DNA from: Ferroacidibacillus organovorans
Lineage (GTDB): Bacteria > Bacillota > Bacilli > Alicyclobacillales > SLC66
Reading direction: 5' to 3'
Assembly (NCBI RefSeq): GCF_001642725.1
Contig: NZ_LSUQ01000011.1
Location: 1 to 64,000, forward strand
Length of the DNA stretch: 64,000 nucleotides
Position 1 is the stretch's first letter. The number at the start of each line of letters is the position of its first letter. The notes below the pieces were generated by a model. It worked only from the letters and a program-made list of their open reading frames with translations. It ran no database searches and was not told where the DNA came from. The position numbers and the translations under genes were made by a program. Below are positions 10,196 to 20,571 of this stretch, piece by piece.

Positions 10196-10774
10196 TCACA
10201 CCGAAACGCCACGCAGCTCCAATTCATCTGCGGCTGCTTGCAACGCGTGAATGACAAACTCGATGTGCTCATCAAGCGATCGACCAAGTTCCTCCGCCCC
10301 CTGGTACACATCCTCACGCGATACACCTTTAGCAAACGCCTTATCTTTCAGCTTCTTCTTCACACTCGCCACATCGACATCCATTACGCTCTTCGTCGGT
10401 CGAACAAGCGCGACGGCTGTCACAAATCCGGAAATCTCGTCACACGCAAAAAGCGCGTGATCAAGACGCGTCTTTCTTCGCTCGCCCGTACGATCCGCGT
10501 GACCAGCGATCGCTTCGATCACATGCTCGGGATACAAAAGCTCGCGAAGAATGGCGCCACCGACTACCGTGTGTTCCTCCAGGCTAGGATACCGCTCATA
10601 GTCAAAATCATGGAGCAGACCGACGACGCCCCACTCCTCTTCGTCTTCACCGTAGAATTTTGCGTATGCACGCATCGATGCTTCCACCGCCAACGCGTGT
10701 TTGATAAGCCCTTTATTTTCTGTATACTCACGCAACAAAGCGTATGCTTTTTCTCGATTCCGATAATCCAACAC
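10196..10774 (-). CDS. HD-domain (HDIG-like) metal-dependent phosphohydrolase
   Basis: HALAVE..GLLHDFDYE..ALFACDE..KKKLKDKAFA. Confidence 0.88.
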   Translation of the reverse strand: MLDYRNREKAYALLREYTENKGLIKHALAVEASMRAYAKFYGEDEEEWGVVGLLHDFDYERYPSLEEHTVVGGAILRELLYPEHVIEAIAGHADRTGERRKTRLDHALFACDEISGFVTAVALVRPTKSVMDVDVASVKKKLKDKAFAKGVSREDVYQGAEELGRSLDEHIEFVIHALQAAADELELRGVSV

Positions 10775-10794
10775 TGTGACTCCCTTTCCGTCAT

Positions 10795-11502
10795 TTATAC
10801 GCTGCCTGTGGCCGCAACAGAAGATCCCGCACGCCTTAAACTGAGATCTGCCAGTGGGTACAATCGGCAGAGTTTCTGCAGCGTCTCGTCAAACTCATCG
10901 AGAAGCGCGCTTGCCGAGAGCGATTGGACATACGCTTTCGACCATTCCCGACCGAACAGGAGATCCCCGCGTTTCACCGAAGCCGAACGCGCCACCAACT
11001 GCTCATACGCATCGTCTGTCAGCGTCTCAAGAGCAACTCCCGACGGAGTCATGTGGTCCTTATACACAAGGAAATCGGGAGGAAGAAGTGTGCGCGTCAT
11101 TTCCAAGTTTTCGAGGACAAGGTTCGCAAATGCCGCCTTATATGGTGACTCATAGATAAAGCCGAATTGCAGGAAAACGTGAGATGACCACATCCCGAGC
11201 ATGAAGGTCGGCCATTTTTTGTATCCGCGTCGATCTTGCGAGAAGGCAACCCACGAGTCTTTGGGTGGGTTGGTCTTTCGGCGCGCGTGCTTGGCGACAT
11301 GCACAAACACGGAACGCTCAAGTTGTGTGGCTAAACGATTGGAAAAGTGTTCACCGAGTTGTTCCAGTTTCGGACGCAACTGCGTGCGCAGCGCATCCAT
11401 GCGCGGTTCGAGACCCGGAATCGTAAAGACTGCAAAATCAGCCTCTTCAAACCCAAGGAACCCTACATTTTGAATATGGACGTCCTTGAATTGCGTCGCC
11501 AT
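10795..11502 (-). CDS. YktB/DUF1054 family protein
   Basis: DFAVFTIPGLEPRM, HVAKHARRKTNPPKDSWVAF and RGYK motifs. TAATG coupling with the upstream gene. Confidence 0.85.
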   Translation of the reverse strand: MATQFKDVHIQNVGFLGFEEADFAVFTIPGLEPRMDALRTQLRPKLEQLGEHFSNRLATQLERSVFVHVAKHARRKTNPPKDSWVAFSQDRRGYKKWPTFMLGMWSSHVFLQFGFIYESPYKAAFANLVLENLEMTRTLLPPDFLVYKDHMTPSGVALETLTDDAYEQLVARSASVKRGDLLFGREWSKAYVQSLSASALLDEFDETLQKLCRLYPLADLSLRRAGSSVAATGSV

Positions 11503-11861
11503 TACGCGTTGACCCACTCCTGCAAAATGGATTCCGTGTCCATCTTGAATTTTGAATTCGGAAACACCGCGTCACATCCGGCCGTCTTCGCGCGCGCCAG
11601 CAAATCTTTTTGAACGTGCGGTCCAAACGCCACAACATGTGCGCCGCTTCTTTTGGCGAGACTCACCATGTGTTCAAGCTCTCCCCCAACCGACGAAAGA
11701 TCAAGTACGACCAACGCTGGCGCCACTTGCGTCAATTTCTGCTCATAATCTTCTTGTTGCTTCACAACTGTTACCACATCATCGTCGCGGCCTGCCGCTT
11801 CACGCAACTGCACGGAGAACATCAAGTCAGGAACAAACGCCAAAATCGCTTTTCCCGCCAT
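11502..11861 (-). CDS. stand-alone atypical receiver-like protein
   Basis: CheY-like pattern (DLMF, VVLDL, AFGPHV..ARAKTAGCDAVF) with no output domain. Confidence 0.7.
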   Translation of the reverse strand: MAGKAILAFVPDLMFSVQLREAAGRDDDVVTVVKQQEDYEQKLTQVAPALVVLDLSSVGGELEHMVSLAKRSGAHVVAFGPHVQKDLLARAKTAGCDAVFPNSKFKMDTESILQEWVNA

Positions 11862-11965
11862 CAGCCGTCCCTCCTCATCTCTACCTGTCTTCGACGAGAG
11901 ATAGGGGCACGCGTTCATGCGCCCCCTATCCACCTACCATTTTCAGTAGTGTATCACACTCCTCT

Positions 11966-12964
11966 TTAAAGTGCGCACTCCTCAATCTCAAAACCCAAAT
12001 CCTCAATCATCTTCCAATCGGCGACAGGCTCTTGGCCTCCCGTCGTCAGATAATCCCCCACAAAGATCGAGTTTGCCGCATACAAGGAAAGCGGCTGTAG
12101 GCTGCGCAGGTTGATTTCGCGACCACCCGACACGCGAATTTCTTTAGTGGGATTGACAAAGCGAAACATCGCCAGCACCTTCAGACAGTAGCGCGGATCG
12201 AGAACGCGCATTCCTTCAAGCGGTGTTCCGTCAATCGGGTTGAGGAAATTGACCGGAATGGAATCGACATCGAGATCCTGCAGTTCAAAAGCGACATCAA
12301 CCACATCCTCCTCCGTTTCCCCCATGCCGACAATGATGCCAGAACACGGCGACATGCCAGCCGTCTTCACGTGTTCGATCGTATCGACACGATCCTCATA
12401 CGCATGGGTCGAACAAATGCGATCGTAGTGACCTTCGCTCGTGTTCAGATTGTGGTTGAAGCGGTGCACACCCGCGTCTGCCAGCGTGTCTGCGTCTTCT
12501 TGAGTGATCAGACCCATGCAGCAGCAAATCTTCAGTTGCGTATGCGACGTAATCTCGCGAACGGCATCTGCGACTTCATTTACTTCGCGCTTTGACGGGC
12601 GGCGTCCGGACATGACAATGCAGTAGGTCCCTGCTTTGCGTCTCGCCGCTTCCTTTGCACCGTTTAGAATTTGTTCGCGATCGAGCAGCGAATACTTTTC
12701 GACAGGCGCAGAAGACACGATTGACTGCGAACAATAGCCACAGTCTTCCGGGCACATCCCGCTCTTGGCGTTGATGATCATGTTCAACTTGACTTTGTTT
12801 CCAAAGTGGTGGCGGCGAATCTCATAGGCAGCCGAGAGCAGTTCGAGCAATTGCGCGTCAGGCGTTTGCAAAAGCGTGAGCGCCTCTTCCTTGCCAATCG
12901 CCTTCCCTGCGACGACCTGCTTTGCCAAACTATGGAAATTGCGGGTCATTTCTTGAATCGACAT
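11966..12964 (-). CDS. bioB: biotin synthase
   Basis: Radical SAM motif CPEDCGYC, NHNLNTS, PVNFLNPIDGTPL, GGRE and ANSIFVGDYLTT. Confidence 0.97.
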   Translation of the reverse strand: MSIQEMTRNFHSLAKQVVAGKAIGKEEALTLLQTPDAQLLELLSAAYEIRRHHFGNKVKLNMIINAKSGMCPEDCGYCSQSIVSSAPVEKYSLLDREQILNGAKEAARRKAGTYCIVMSGRRPSKREVNEVADAVREITSHTQLKICCCMGLITQEDADTLADAGVHRFNHNLNTSEGHYDRICSTHAYEDRVDTIEHVKTAGMSPCSGIIVGMGETEEDVVDVAFELQDLDVDSIPVNFLNPIDGTPLEGMRVLDPRYCLKVLAMFRFVNPTKEIRVSGGREINLRSLQPLSLYAANSIFVGDYLTTGGQEPVADWKMIEDLGFEIEECAL

Positions 12965-13050
12965 CCTTATTACCTCCTAAAAATCGATTGGGATGGCCTA
13001 GCACGGCTGCGTGTCACACTTCTTGATTTCAAAATGAAGAGCGGTTCACG

Positions 13051-13734
13051 TCACGCAAAGGCGATTGCCGGATTCCACTGGCGCCGAACCATGTCGGTCG
13101 CACGCGCGAGATCCAACGGTTCAAGGCGGGGAAGCACCGCGACGACCGGGCATTTTGCATACTGTTCAATCATGGGGAGGTTTGCCCAGGCGAGATCCGC
13201 TTCATCTTCTGGCATGCCAGAAACGATAACGCCTACCACATCAATCCCCCGCGCGCGCGCGTGCGCGACCGTTAGCGCCGTGTGATTGACCGTTCCTAGC
13301 CCCGCGCGCGCCACCACCAGCGCACGCGCGTGAAGTTCGCACGCCAGATCGCAAACGGTAAACCCGTCAAGAAGCGGAGCCAAGAGTCCGCCCGCCCCTT
13401 CCACGATTGTATTCGCGTGCGTCGCAAGATAGGTTCTCGCGTGCGCCAAAAGTTCCGCTCGACTCAACTCTATACCCGCCCTTGCAAGAGCCAGTCCAGG
13501 CGCCAGAGGTTCTTCAATGGCGCGACAGCACATCACTTCAGGCAAATCGAAAACACCCGCAACCGTGCGCAGACGCATGACATCGCCTTCCGGATGCATG
13601 AGCGCGTGACCGCTTTGCAGCGGTTTGTAGAGACCAATGTCCATACCCTCTTCGCGCAGGATCCGCCCGAGGATGCCTGTTACTACCGTCTTTCCGACTT
13701 CGGTATCGGTCGCCGTCACGAGAAGAACACTCAC
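13051..13734 (-). CDS. bioD: dethiobiotin synthase
   Basis: TATDTEVGKT, YKPLQSG, VEGAGG and GLGTVNHT motifs. Confidence 0.96.
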   Translation of the reverse strand: MSVLLVTATDTEVGKTVVTGILGRILREEGMDIGLYKPLQSGHALMHPEGDVMRLRTVAGVFDLPEVMCCRAIEEPLAPGLALARAGIELSRAELLAHARTYLATHANTIVEGAGGLLAPLLDGFTVCDLACELHARALVVARAGLGTVNHTALTVAHARARGIDVVGVIVSGMPEDEADLAWANLPMIEQYAKCPVVAVLPRLEPLDLARATDMVRRQWNPAIAFA

Positions 13735-15107
13735 CGCAAATGCCCTCCCATGCGCTCGCGCGTTTCCTCTTTAATCGAGCGGTACAGGATGTCGAGCATC
13801 GCGCCCGCCTGTTCCTTTGTGACAATGAGCGGTGGAATGAACAGACACACCGATCCGAGCGGTCGCATGATCATGCCATTTTCACGACAGCGATTACCCA
13901 CGTGCCAGCCAATCCGCTCTTCAAACGCAAACGGCTCGCGCGTTGCGCGATCGCGAACGAGCTCGATCCCTACAAACAGACCCTTTTGGCGAATGTCTCC
14001 GACAGCTGGCAGATCCCAAAACTGCTGTAAACGCCCTGCGACATACGAGGCGACATCCTGAACGTGCTCAATCACCCGCTCTTCTTTAAACAAGCGCAAG
14101 TTTTCGAGTGCAACCGCGCATCCAAGCTGATTACCCGTAAACGTGTGCCCGTGATAGAACGTCTTGTTCGAGTCATACGTACCGAGAAACGCTTCATAGA
14201 TTTCATCTGTCGCTAAAGCAGCCGCTACCGGAAGATACCCACCTGTCAGTCCTTTTCCAATCGTCATCAGATCCGGTTCCACACCATCGTGGTCGCTCGC
14301 AAACATCTCGCCTGTGCGGCCAAACCCTGTCGCGACCTCATCAACGATCAAGAGAACGTCGTTTTTCTTACACAGCGCCTCAATCTCGCGCAGATAGTCG
14401 TCAGGCATTGGAATGATCCCGCTGCTACCCTGCACTGGCTCAAGAATGACGCCTGCAATCCTATCCGCCTTTTCGGCGAGCAACGTCTTCAGTTCTTCCA
14501 TGCACGCGTGTGCACAGGTCAATGGCGAGAGGCCGAGCGGACAGCGATAACAGTACGGGTACGGCACTTCGAACGTTTCAAAAAGCATGTCACGGTACGT
14601 CTCGTGAAAGCGTTCCATCGCGCCTACACTGACCGCACCGATCGTATCGCCGTGATACGCCTCGACAAACTTGACGAATCGTTTTTTCTCCGGACGTCCT
14701 TTTAATTGCCAGTACTGGTAGGCCATCTTGAGTGCGATCTCAACAGCCTCAGCGCCACTGTCGCAAAAAAAGACGTGAGAAAGCCCATCCGGTGCGATGT
14801 CAACAATTTGTTCCGCCAAAAGAATCGACGGCACATTCGCATGCCCGAGCAGAGTTGAATGCGAGACCAGCTGAGCCTGTTTGATGATCGCGTCGGTGAG
14901 CGCGGGATGCGCGTGTCCGAGCGTGTTCGTCCAGATCGACGCGACACTATCGTAATACGCACGGCCATCGACGTCGTACAGCATAACGCCCTCTCCACGC
15001 TCAACGATCAAAGGCTCGTGTTCCTGATAGTCCTGCATCTGTGTAAATGGGTGCCAAACATAGCGAAAATCTTTGTCCATTAAGGTTTGATATCGTTCTG
15101 AACGCAA
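13731..15107 (-). CDS. bioA: 7,8-diaminononanoate transaminase (BioA/BioK)
   Basis: VWHPFTQM, SGAEAVEIALKMA, YHGDT, DEVATGFGRTG and GKGLTGGYLP motifs. Coupled to bioD. Confidence 0.94.
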   Translation of the reverse strand: MRSERYQTLMDKDFRYVWHPFTQMQDYQEHEPLIVERGEGVMLYDVDGRAYYDSVASIWTNTLGHAHPALTDAIIKQAQLVSHSTLLGHANVPSILLAEQIVDIAPDGLSHVFFCDSGAEAVEIALKMAYQYWQLKGRPEKKRFVKFVEAYHGDTIGAVSVGAMERFHETYRDMLFETFEVPYPYCYRCPLGLSPLTCAHACMEELKTLLAEKADRIAGVILEPVQGSSGIIPMPDDYLREIEALCKKNDVLLIVDEVATGFGRTGEMFASDHDGVEPDLMTIGKGLTGGYLPVAAALATDEIYEAFLGTYDSNKTFYHGHTFTGNQLGCAVALENLRLFKEERVIEHVQDVASYVAGRLQQFWDLPAVGDIRQKGLFVGIELVRDRATREPFAFEERIGWHVGNRCRENGMIMRPLGSVCLFIPPLIVTKEQAGAMLDILYRSIKEETRERMGGHLR

Positions 15108-15200
15108 CGTGCAAGATCCCCCGTTTCTCCCAGTCTCACCCTATCATAGCATGCTTTGGTCTATAATTAGGACATGTTCTGCAAAGAAAGGAGCATTACG

Positions 15201-15500
15201 ATGATCGAGCACATTGTTCTTCTCGCGTGGAAAGAAGGTACACCGCACGCTGAACAGGAGCGACTCTTACGCGAATTGTTAGCTTTGAAAGAGCAGATTC
15301 CAGGGATTGTATCTGTATCCGGCGGTGAAAATTTTTCCGCGCGCAGCCAAGGGTACCACCACGGATTTCTCGTCACATTCAAAGATCGCGCTAGCCTTGA
15401 CGCATATGGCCCACACAAGGCGCATCAACGCGTCGTCGCGCAACTACAACCTGTACTTCAAAGCATCCTCGTCCTCGATTTTGAGCGTGCAACCGAGTAA
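15201..15500 (+). CDS. Dabb (stress-responsive A/B barrel) protein
   Basis: MIEHIVL..IPGI..GENFS..F..Y..H.AH..DF pattern. Confidence 0.88.
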   Translation: MIEHIVLLAWKEGTPHAEQERLLRELLALKEQIPGIVSVSGGENFSARSQGYHHGFLVTFKDRASLDAYGPHKAHQRVVAQLQPVLQSILVLDFERATE

Positions 15501-15527
15501 TTTGCCTCACACGCATCCTCTCACTCA

Positions 15528-15567
15528 AAAGCGACTCTCTTTTGCCTGCCAAAAAGAGAGTCGCTTT
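15528..15567 (+). terminator. intrinsic terminator hairpin
   Basis: 16-bp inverted repeat AAAGCGACTCTCTTTT / AAAAGAGAGTCGCTTT after the Dabb gene. Confidence 0.7.
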
Positions 15568-15668
15568 GACGTCTAGCAACATACCATATCCCATCTGATT
15601 CACACTCCATGTATCTTTCTTCCAGAATCAGGACATAAAGAGAATATCAAGCTTTGGAGGGATTCTGA

Positions 15669-16304
15669 ATGGAATTGATGGAGAGATGGGCGTCGCGCTC
15701 CGACGCGTGGACTCCAGAGGATGATGTGACACTGGCTGAATTGGTGTTGAAGCATATCCGCGAGGGAAGTACACAACTCGTAGCGTTTGATGAAGCTGCA
15801 TCACTGCTCGGTCGCACATCGGCCGCCTGTGGCTATCGCTGGAACGGCGTCGTGCGAAGACACTATGAAGACGCCATACGCGAGGCGAAACACATTCGTC
15901 GTCGCGCGCTTGAAGAGCGGCGCACGCGGAGGCCGAATCGAACGCAGATCACGCTTGGCGATGAGCACGAGTTCACGCTCGATCTTTTGATTCGCGGGTT
16001 GCGCGATTTTGAGCGACGCTACCATGAATTGCACGATGAGATCGAAAAACTCACGCGCGAAAAACAAATGCTCGAAGATCGTTTTTTAATGCAGCAACCT
16101 GTGCGCGCCGTAGAGCTTGATCGCGCGCGCGCCACACCGGAGCAAATCGAAGAAGACAGCCGCGCATTGCTTGCCATCATGGAGCGAGCGCGCCGCATAC
16201 TCGACGCAGAGAGCGATGAAGCAAAACCGCGCTTTCGACTCGATTCGTTTGGCAATGTAGAGCGCATCGAAATGCAAGATTCGTTGCGCGAGGAGCATCC
16301 TTAA
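15669..16304 (+). CDS. rsfA: RsfA-family prespore transcriptional regulator
   Basis: RSDAWT.EDD..LAE.VL.HIREGSTQL.AF..RTSAACGYRWN, coiled coil, IMERARR, and F..D..GN.E tail. Confidence 0.88.
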   Translation: MELMERWASRSDAWTPEDDVTLAELVLKHIREGSTQLVAFDEAASLLGRTSAACGYRWNGVVRRHYEDAIREAKHIRRRALEERRTRRPNRTQITLGDEHEFTLDLLIRGLRDFERRYHELHDEIEKLTREKQMLEDRFLMQQPVRAVELDRARATPEQIEEDSRALLAIMERARRILDAESDEAKPRFRLDSFGNVERIEMQDSLREEHP

Positions 16305-16331
16305 CCACCACAACGCTTCGATGGTTCCGAG

Positions 16332-16919
16332 TCAGGTCAAAAGTGAAAATACGCCGCGTCGCTGCTTGACGTCCTTAATGGTTCGTTTGAGGTCGGTCTC
16401 TACTTGACGACACAATTCTAAAGGATACGAGTAGCGACGCGCATGTAGTGCAAACTCCCCACGGTCAAGTAGCTCGATGTTTCCTTCCCTATCGACAAAC
16501 ACGTCGAGATCCATGTCCACAAAGCTTACGATCCTAAGATCTGGGTTAATCTGCAAGTTCGTATACGCATTGCAATAGAATTGCGGTCCCTCTGGTTGCA
16601 GCAGCACCATACTTTGCACGAGTGAGCGCGTCTCAAAACAGGCGAGTACAGGGTATGGCCGCTTCCAGCTCTCTCCGTTACTCTCCACAACGCGTGTCTG
16701 CGCGGGAATAAGGAAAGTATGATCCGGCGCATCACGCACTGCACCATGCCACGGCCAGTGTGACACGCGCGACCATATCCGATGTACTGCGCCGTCATAC
16801 TTTTTGCTGACAAGTTGCCACGACCCACTACGTATGTCATCAGTTTCATCAGATCCTTCGCGCGACCATACGCATGTCTCATAGAGCTCTGCATACGCTC
16901 TGCCTACAGACACGTCCAT
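16332..16919 (-). CDS. DUF402 (YgaC/FomD-like) protein
   Basis: KYDGAVHRIW, FYCN and FVDMDLDV..LLDRGEF..H...YSYP motifs. Confidence 0.8.
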   Translation of the reverse strand: MDVSVGRAYAELYETCVWSREGSDETDDIRSGSWQLVSKKYDGAVHRIWSRVSHWPWHGAVRDAPDHTFLIPAQTRVVESNGESWKRPYPVLACFETRSLVQSMVLLQPEGPQFYCNAYTNLQINPDLRIVSFVDMDLDVFVDREGNIELLDRGEFALHARRYSYPLELCRQVETDLKRTIKDVKQRRGVFSLLT

Positions 16920-16942
16920 CGTCCTCCCCTCGCAGCGATACG

Positions 16943-18055
16943 CTACGTCCGCTCCTTTTCGGCCTCTTCTCTTGGTAGAATGCTCGCCGGGAAGAAGTCG
17001 TCAAAAATTCGTTCGCGCAAGAGTGAGCGAATCGCAATCATCAAAAGCGGACCGAGCAAGAGTCCGAGGATGCCGAGGCTCGTCAGGCCGACATACATGC
17101 CAAACATCGTTGCAAACGTGCCAATTCCCATGTTAGACGCCAACAGTTTGGGTTCAATCGTATGCCGAACCACGGAGGCAACCGCTTGCAGCAGCAAGAT
17201 TTTGATCGCCAAAATCACTTTCCCCGTCACAAGCGCCCCGACTACCCAAGGAATCGTAATGATGCCTGAACCAACGATTGGAACCCACCCTGTAAGCCCG
17301 ATCCCGACACCGAGCAGAAGAGCGTATTGAACCCCCATGACAGCAAGACCAATGACACAAATCACGCTGGTTACGCCGATCAGCACCAATTGCGCGCGAA
17401 ACAGTCCGATGACTGCGCGCCACACATCACCTGCAATCTCTTCTACTTTCGGCCCCCACCCAGGCGGAAGCCATCTTCTCATCCCCTGCAACAGCATCTC
17501 GCGCTGCGCCAGGAAAAAATAGGCGGCGACGACGGAAATGACGATGATGACAATCAAATCGGGCAGAAGAGCCACCTCACCGACAAACCCGCTGAGAAGG
17601 GTTAACGCGAACTGGCGCGCCTGATCGACCATCGTGTTGACGGTCGTCTGTACAGCTTCCACCATCTTTAGGGGAAGGTGCGCGTATACGGCCATGCCCT
17701 GCTCAATCGCGTATTGAGAAACTTGCTTCCACATTCCGAAATAGCGGGGAATTGCAATGGCGAGACTGGTCGCTTCGCCTGCGCCCTGCACGAGCAGAAA
17801 AACGATCACGGCGAGCAAGCCGCCGAGCGAAACGACGAGCGCCCCGCTGATCGCGATAGCGCGCGGGAGGAAGGATTCAAAAAATGCCGCAACCGGAAGC
17901 AAGACGGCCGCGATGAGAAAGCCAATGACAAACGGCATGATGTAGTTGAGCACATGCGCAAAGACGGAAAGCGCAATGACGAGAAAGAGGAGGGACACGC
18001 CTACCTCTGTCAGCTTCATGACATACCTGCGCATCGGTTCTTTCATTTCTTGCAC
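16943..18055 (-). CDS. ytvI: AI-2E family permease, sporulation protein YtvI-like
   Basis: PF.IG..IA..L.P, RAQL.LI, PIVGSG, R..IEPK and GLLLGP motifs. Start uncertain. Confidence 0.75.
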   Translation of the reverse strand: MQEMKEPMRRYVMKLTEVGVSLLFLVIALSVFAHVLNYIMPFVIGFLIAAVLLPVAAFFESFLPRAIAISGALVVSLGGLLAVIVFLLVQGAGEATSLAIAIPRYFGMWKQVSQYAIEQGMAVYAHLPLKMVEAVQTTVNTMVDQARQFALTLLSGFVGEVALLPDLIVIIVISVVAAYFFLAQREMLLQGMRRWLPPGWGPKVEEIAGDVWRAVIGLFRAQLVLIGVTSVICVIGLAVMGVQYALLLGVGIGLTGWVPIVGSGIITIPWVVGALVTGKVILAIKILLLQAVASVVRHTIEPKLLASNMGIGTFATMFGMYVGLTSLGILGLLLGPLLMIAIRSLLRERIFDDFFPASILPREEAEKERT

Positions 18056-18117
18056 AGCACACCCACTCGCTCTCTGTACAAATCCTATGCTTGTATACCG
18101 CATGAAGTCCACGCGAT

Positions 18118-19617
18118 CTATGGAAGCTCAATGGTAAATTTTGCGCCGCCCATACTGCCATTTTCAGCTGTGATCTTCCCGCGATGTTTTTCAACGATGG
18201 CGCGAACAATCGAGAGGCCAAGCCCCGTCTCGCCTTTATCTCCGTGAAAGAACCGCTCAAACACCCGTTCGACATCTTTAGTGACAAACCCTTCTCCGTC
18301 ATCCTCAACAACGATCTTCGCAAACTCTTCTTTGCGCAGTGTGACGATCACGCGCGAGTGCGCATGGCGAATCGCATTTCCGATCAGATTGAGCAGCGCC
18401 TGAACAATCTTGTCCGAATCGATGTACGCAAGCACGATGCCTTCTGGCAAGTCTGGAACAATCTGAATCTGTCGCTCGCGAGCGAGTGGATAGGCGCGCT
18501 CAATCGTTTTGGTAATGATTTTGGTGAGATTATCATGTGTGAACGTGTATACATCATCCAGTGTTTCCAATTTTGAGAGATAGATAAGCTCATCCACCAA
18601 CCGCTTCAAGCGCACGCTCTCTGCCGCAATGATATCGAGAATGTGCATCGATTCACTCGGTTCAAAGACGCCATCGCGCAACCCTTCTGCGTAGCCGCGA
18701 ATCCCTATGAGCGGCGTCTTCAATTCGTGTGACGCATTCTGGAGAAAACGCTTTTGCCCCTCATCAAACGCTTTAAGCGCGTCCACCATGTTATTAAACG
18801 CATAGGCAAAGTCCTCCCACTCGTCCCCTGTGTGCACCACTGGGACATGCGTAAAGTCACGCTCCTGAACGCGCATGATCGCTTGTTTCAAGAGGCCCGC
18901 TGGCTGCATCAGCGATCTCGCGAGCACGATGCCAACAATTGCCGTGATCAGTGTCGCAATCATCAACCCTTGGGCCACTGCCACCCAAATCTCATAGGTG
19001 ATCCGCTTCATATCACTGAGCTTCGTAAAAAGCACAAGCACTTTTGTGTTTCGATGTTCAATCGTAAGGTTTGGCATCATGATGCTTGGCGGGAAACCTG
19101 GGTGAAGCGACGTGACGGGGACGAGATACGCATAGGAAAATGGTATTGCCACAAACTCAAAGATTGGATTTTGTTGAGGATAAACGCCTGACGCCGTGTG
19201 ACGGCCCTTTAGCGCCATCGCGACGAGCGTGCTCACGTGTTGAAGCAGTGGGAGATCCGCTGCCGTGAACGTATTCCATACAATGTTCCCATTAGGATCG
19301 ACGATGATATACTCGCGCTGAACACTTTGAGCAGCGATCGTCACGAGCGCGCGGCTTGTAGGGGGGGTCGCGTGACGATCCTCAAGCGTTTGCCCATATG
19401 CGCGAAACTGCTTGATGATCACCTGTCCATCACCGATCAGGTTATTGCGCGTCGAATCGATCACATACTGGGAGATCGAACGATTCGTCAGATAACCTGC
19501 GAGCGCAAGAGAGATCATCACAATCACCAGATAGACGACCACCACTTTAATTGCAATCGGCATGCGCATTCGAAGGGAAAACCCGATGCTGCGTCGCCCG
19601 CTTAGCTTACCCTTCAA
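18118..19617 (-). CDS. HAMP-domain sensor histidine kinase
   Basis: Two TM segments, ASHELKTPL H-box, NLIGNA, DDGEG and GLGLSI. Confidence 0.93.
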   Translation of the reverse strand: MKGKLSGRRSIGFSLRMRMPIAIKVVVVYLVIVMISLALAGYLTNRSISQYVIDSTRNNLIGDGQVIIKQFRAYGQTLEDRHATPPTSRALVTIAAQSVQREYIIVDPNGNIVWNTFTAADLPLLQHVSTLVAMALKGRHTASGVYPQQNPIFEFVAIPFSYAYLVPVTSLHPGFPPSIMMPNLTIEHRNTKVLVLFTKLSDMKRITYEIWVAVAQGLMIATLITAIVGIVLARSLMQPAGLLKQAIMRVQERDFTHVPVVHTGDEWEDFAYAFNNMVDALKAFDEGQKRFLQNASHELKTPLIGIRGYAEGLRDGVFEPSESMHILDIIAAESVRLKRLVDELIYLSKLETLDDVYTFTHDNLTKIITKTIERAYPLARERQIQIVPDLPEGIVLAYIDSDKIVQALLNLIGNAIRHAHSRVIVTLRKEEFAKIVVEDDGEGFVTKDVERVFERFFHGDKGETGLGLSIVRAIVEKHRGKITAENGSMGGAKFTIELP

Positions 19618-20311
19618 GTTTGTAGCCGTACCCCCAGACCGTGACGATCTCAGCGATCGATTGCGCCTGCGTCAGTTTTCGCCGAAGACGTTTGACCAAA
19701 TCGTCGATGGCGCGCTCATCACCGATAAAATCGTAGCCCCAAACCTGTGTGAGCAACTGTTCGCGCGTAAATGCGCGGCTTTTATTTTTAATAAAGTAGG
19801 CGAGCAGTTCAAATTCTTTGGTAGTAAGGACGAGGTCGCTTCCCGCCGCGATAATACGACGTTCATCATCCCGCAGTTCGAGATCCGCACAAGCGGGATA
19901 CGTCGCCGTCGCACCGTCTTGCACAGATGCGGCGCGCGCTCCATTCAATCTGCGCAAGACGGTGCGGACGCGCGCGACGAGTTCTCGCGGCGAGAACGGT
20001 TTAGAAAGATAATCGTCGGAGCCAAGCTCAAGGCCAAGGACGCGATCCACCTCTTCATCCCGCGCGGAAACCATGATGATCGGAACTTCTGTGCGTGCGC
20101 GCAGCCACCGGCAGAGATCGTATCCGCTGGTGCCTGGAAGCATGATGTCAAGGATCACCATATCAGGGAGATTCTCAACAAGAGCTGGCATCGCCGAATC
20201 AGCGTTTGCAAAGCAGGTGACCGAAAACCCTTCGCGCAAAAGGTAGCGCTCCATCACGGTTCGCACACTCTCGTCATCGTCTATGACAAAAATTCGCTGT
20301 GCGGTCTCCAT
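19607..20311 (-). CDS. OmpR-family response regulator
   Basis: IDDD, ILDIMLP, DDYLSKPF, and winged-helix tail TVWGYGYK. Confidence 0.95.
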   Translation of the reverse strand: METAQRIFVIDDDESVRTVMERYLLREGFSVTCFANADSAMPALVENLPDMVILDIMLPGTSGYDLCRWLRARTEVPIIMVSARDEEVDRVLGLELGSDDYLSKPFSPRELVARVRTVLRRLNGARAASVQDGATATYPACADLELRDDERRIIAAGSDLVLTTKEFELLAYFIKNKSRAFTREQLLTQVWGYDFIGDERAIDDLVKRLRRKLTQAQSIAEIVTVWGYGYKLEG

Positions 20312-20369
20312 CGACGCTCACCTCCATAAATCGATCTGTTGCACCAACGGAATCTCTGCGCTTCGTCTT

Positions 20370-20555
20370 TTACAACAAGCCGCGCTTGCGAAACGCCGCT
20401 TTAAGTACAAACCCCATTGCCGCAACGGCAAGTCCAATTCCTAAAAGGACCATGGCCAGCGTAAAATGAGCGTCAATTTGAACAGAGCCCACAGCGAGCA
20501 ACGTCATCGCACACAGCGAGATGAAAAAAAAGAGAAGTTTTTTCGATTTTGTCAA
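20370..20555 (-). CDS. small two-TM protein, YlaF/DUF5325-like
   Basis: TTG start behind AAGGGTG. C-terminus MGFVLK..FRKRGLL resembles YlaF. Confidence 0.6.
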   Translation of the reverse strand: MTKSKKLLFFFISLCAMTLLAVGSVQIDAHFTLAMVLLGIGLAVAAMGFVLKAAFRKRGLL

Positions 20556-20571
20556 AATACAGATCACCCTT

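Noticed and set aside
10154..11155. 333-aa plus-strand ORF
   Set aside because: Antisense to two well-supported genes (HD protein and yktB), with no family features.
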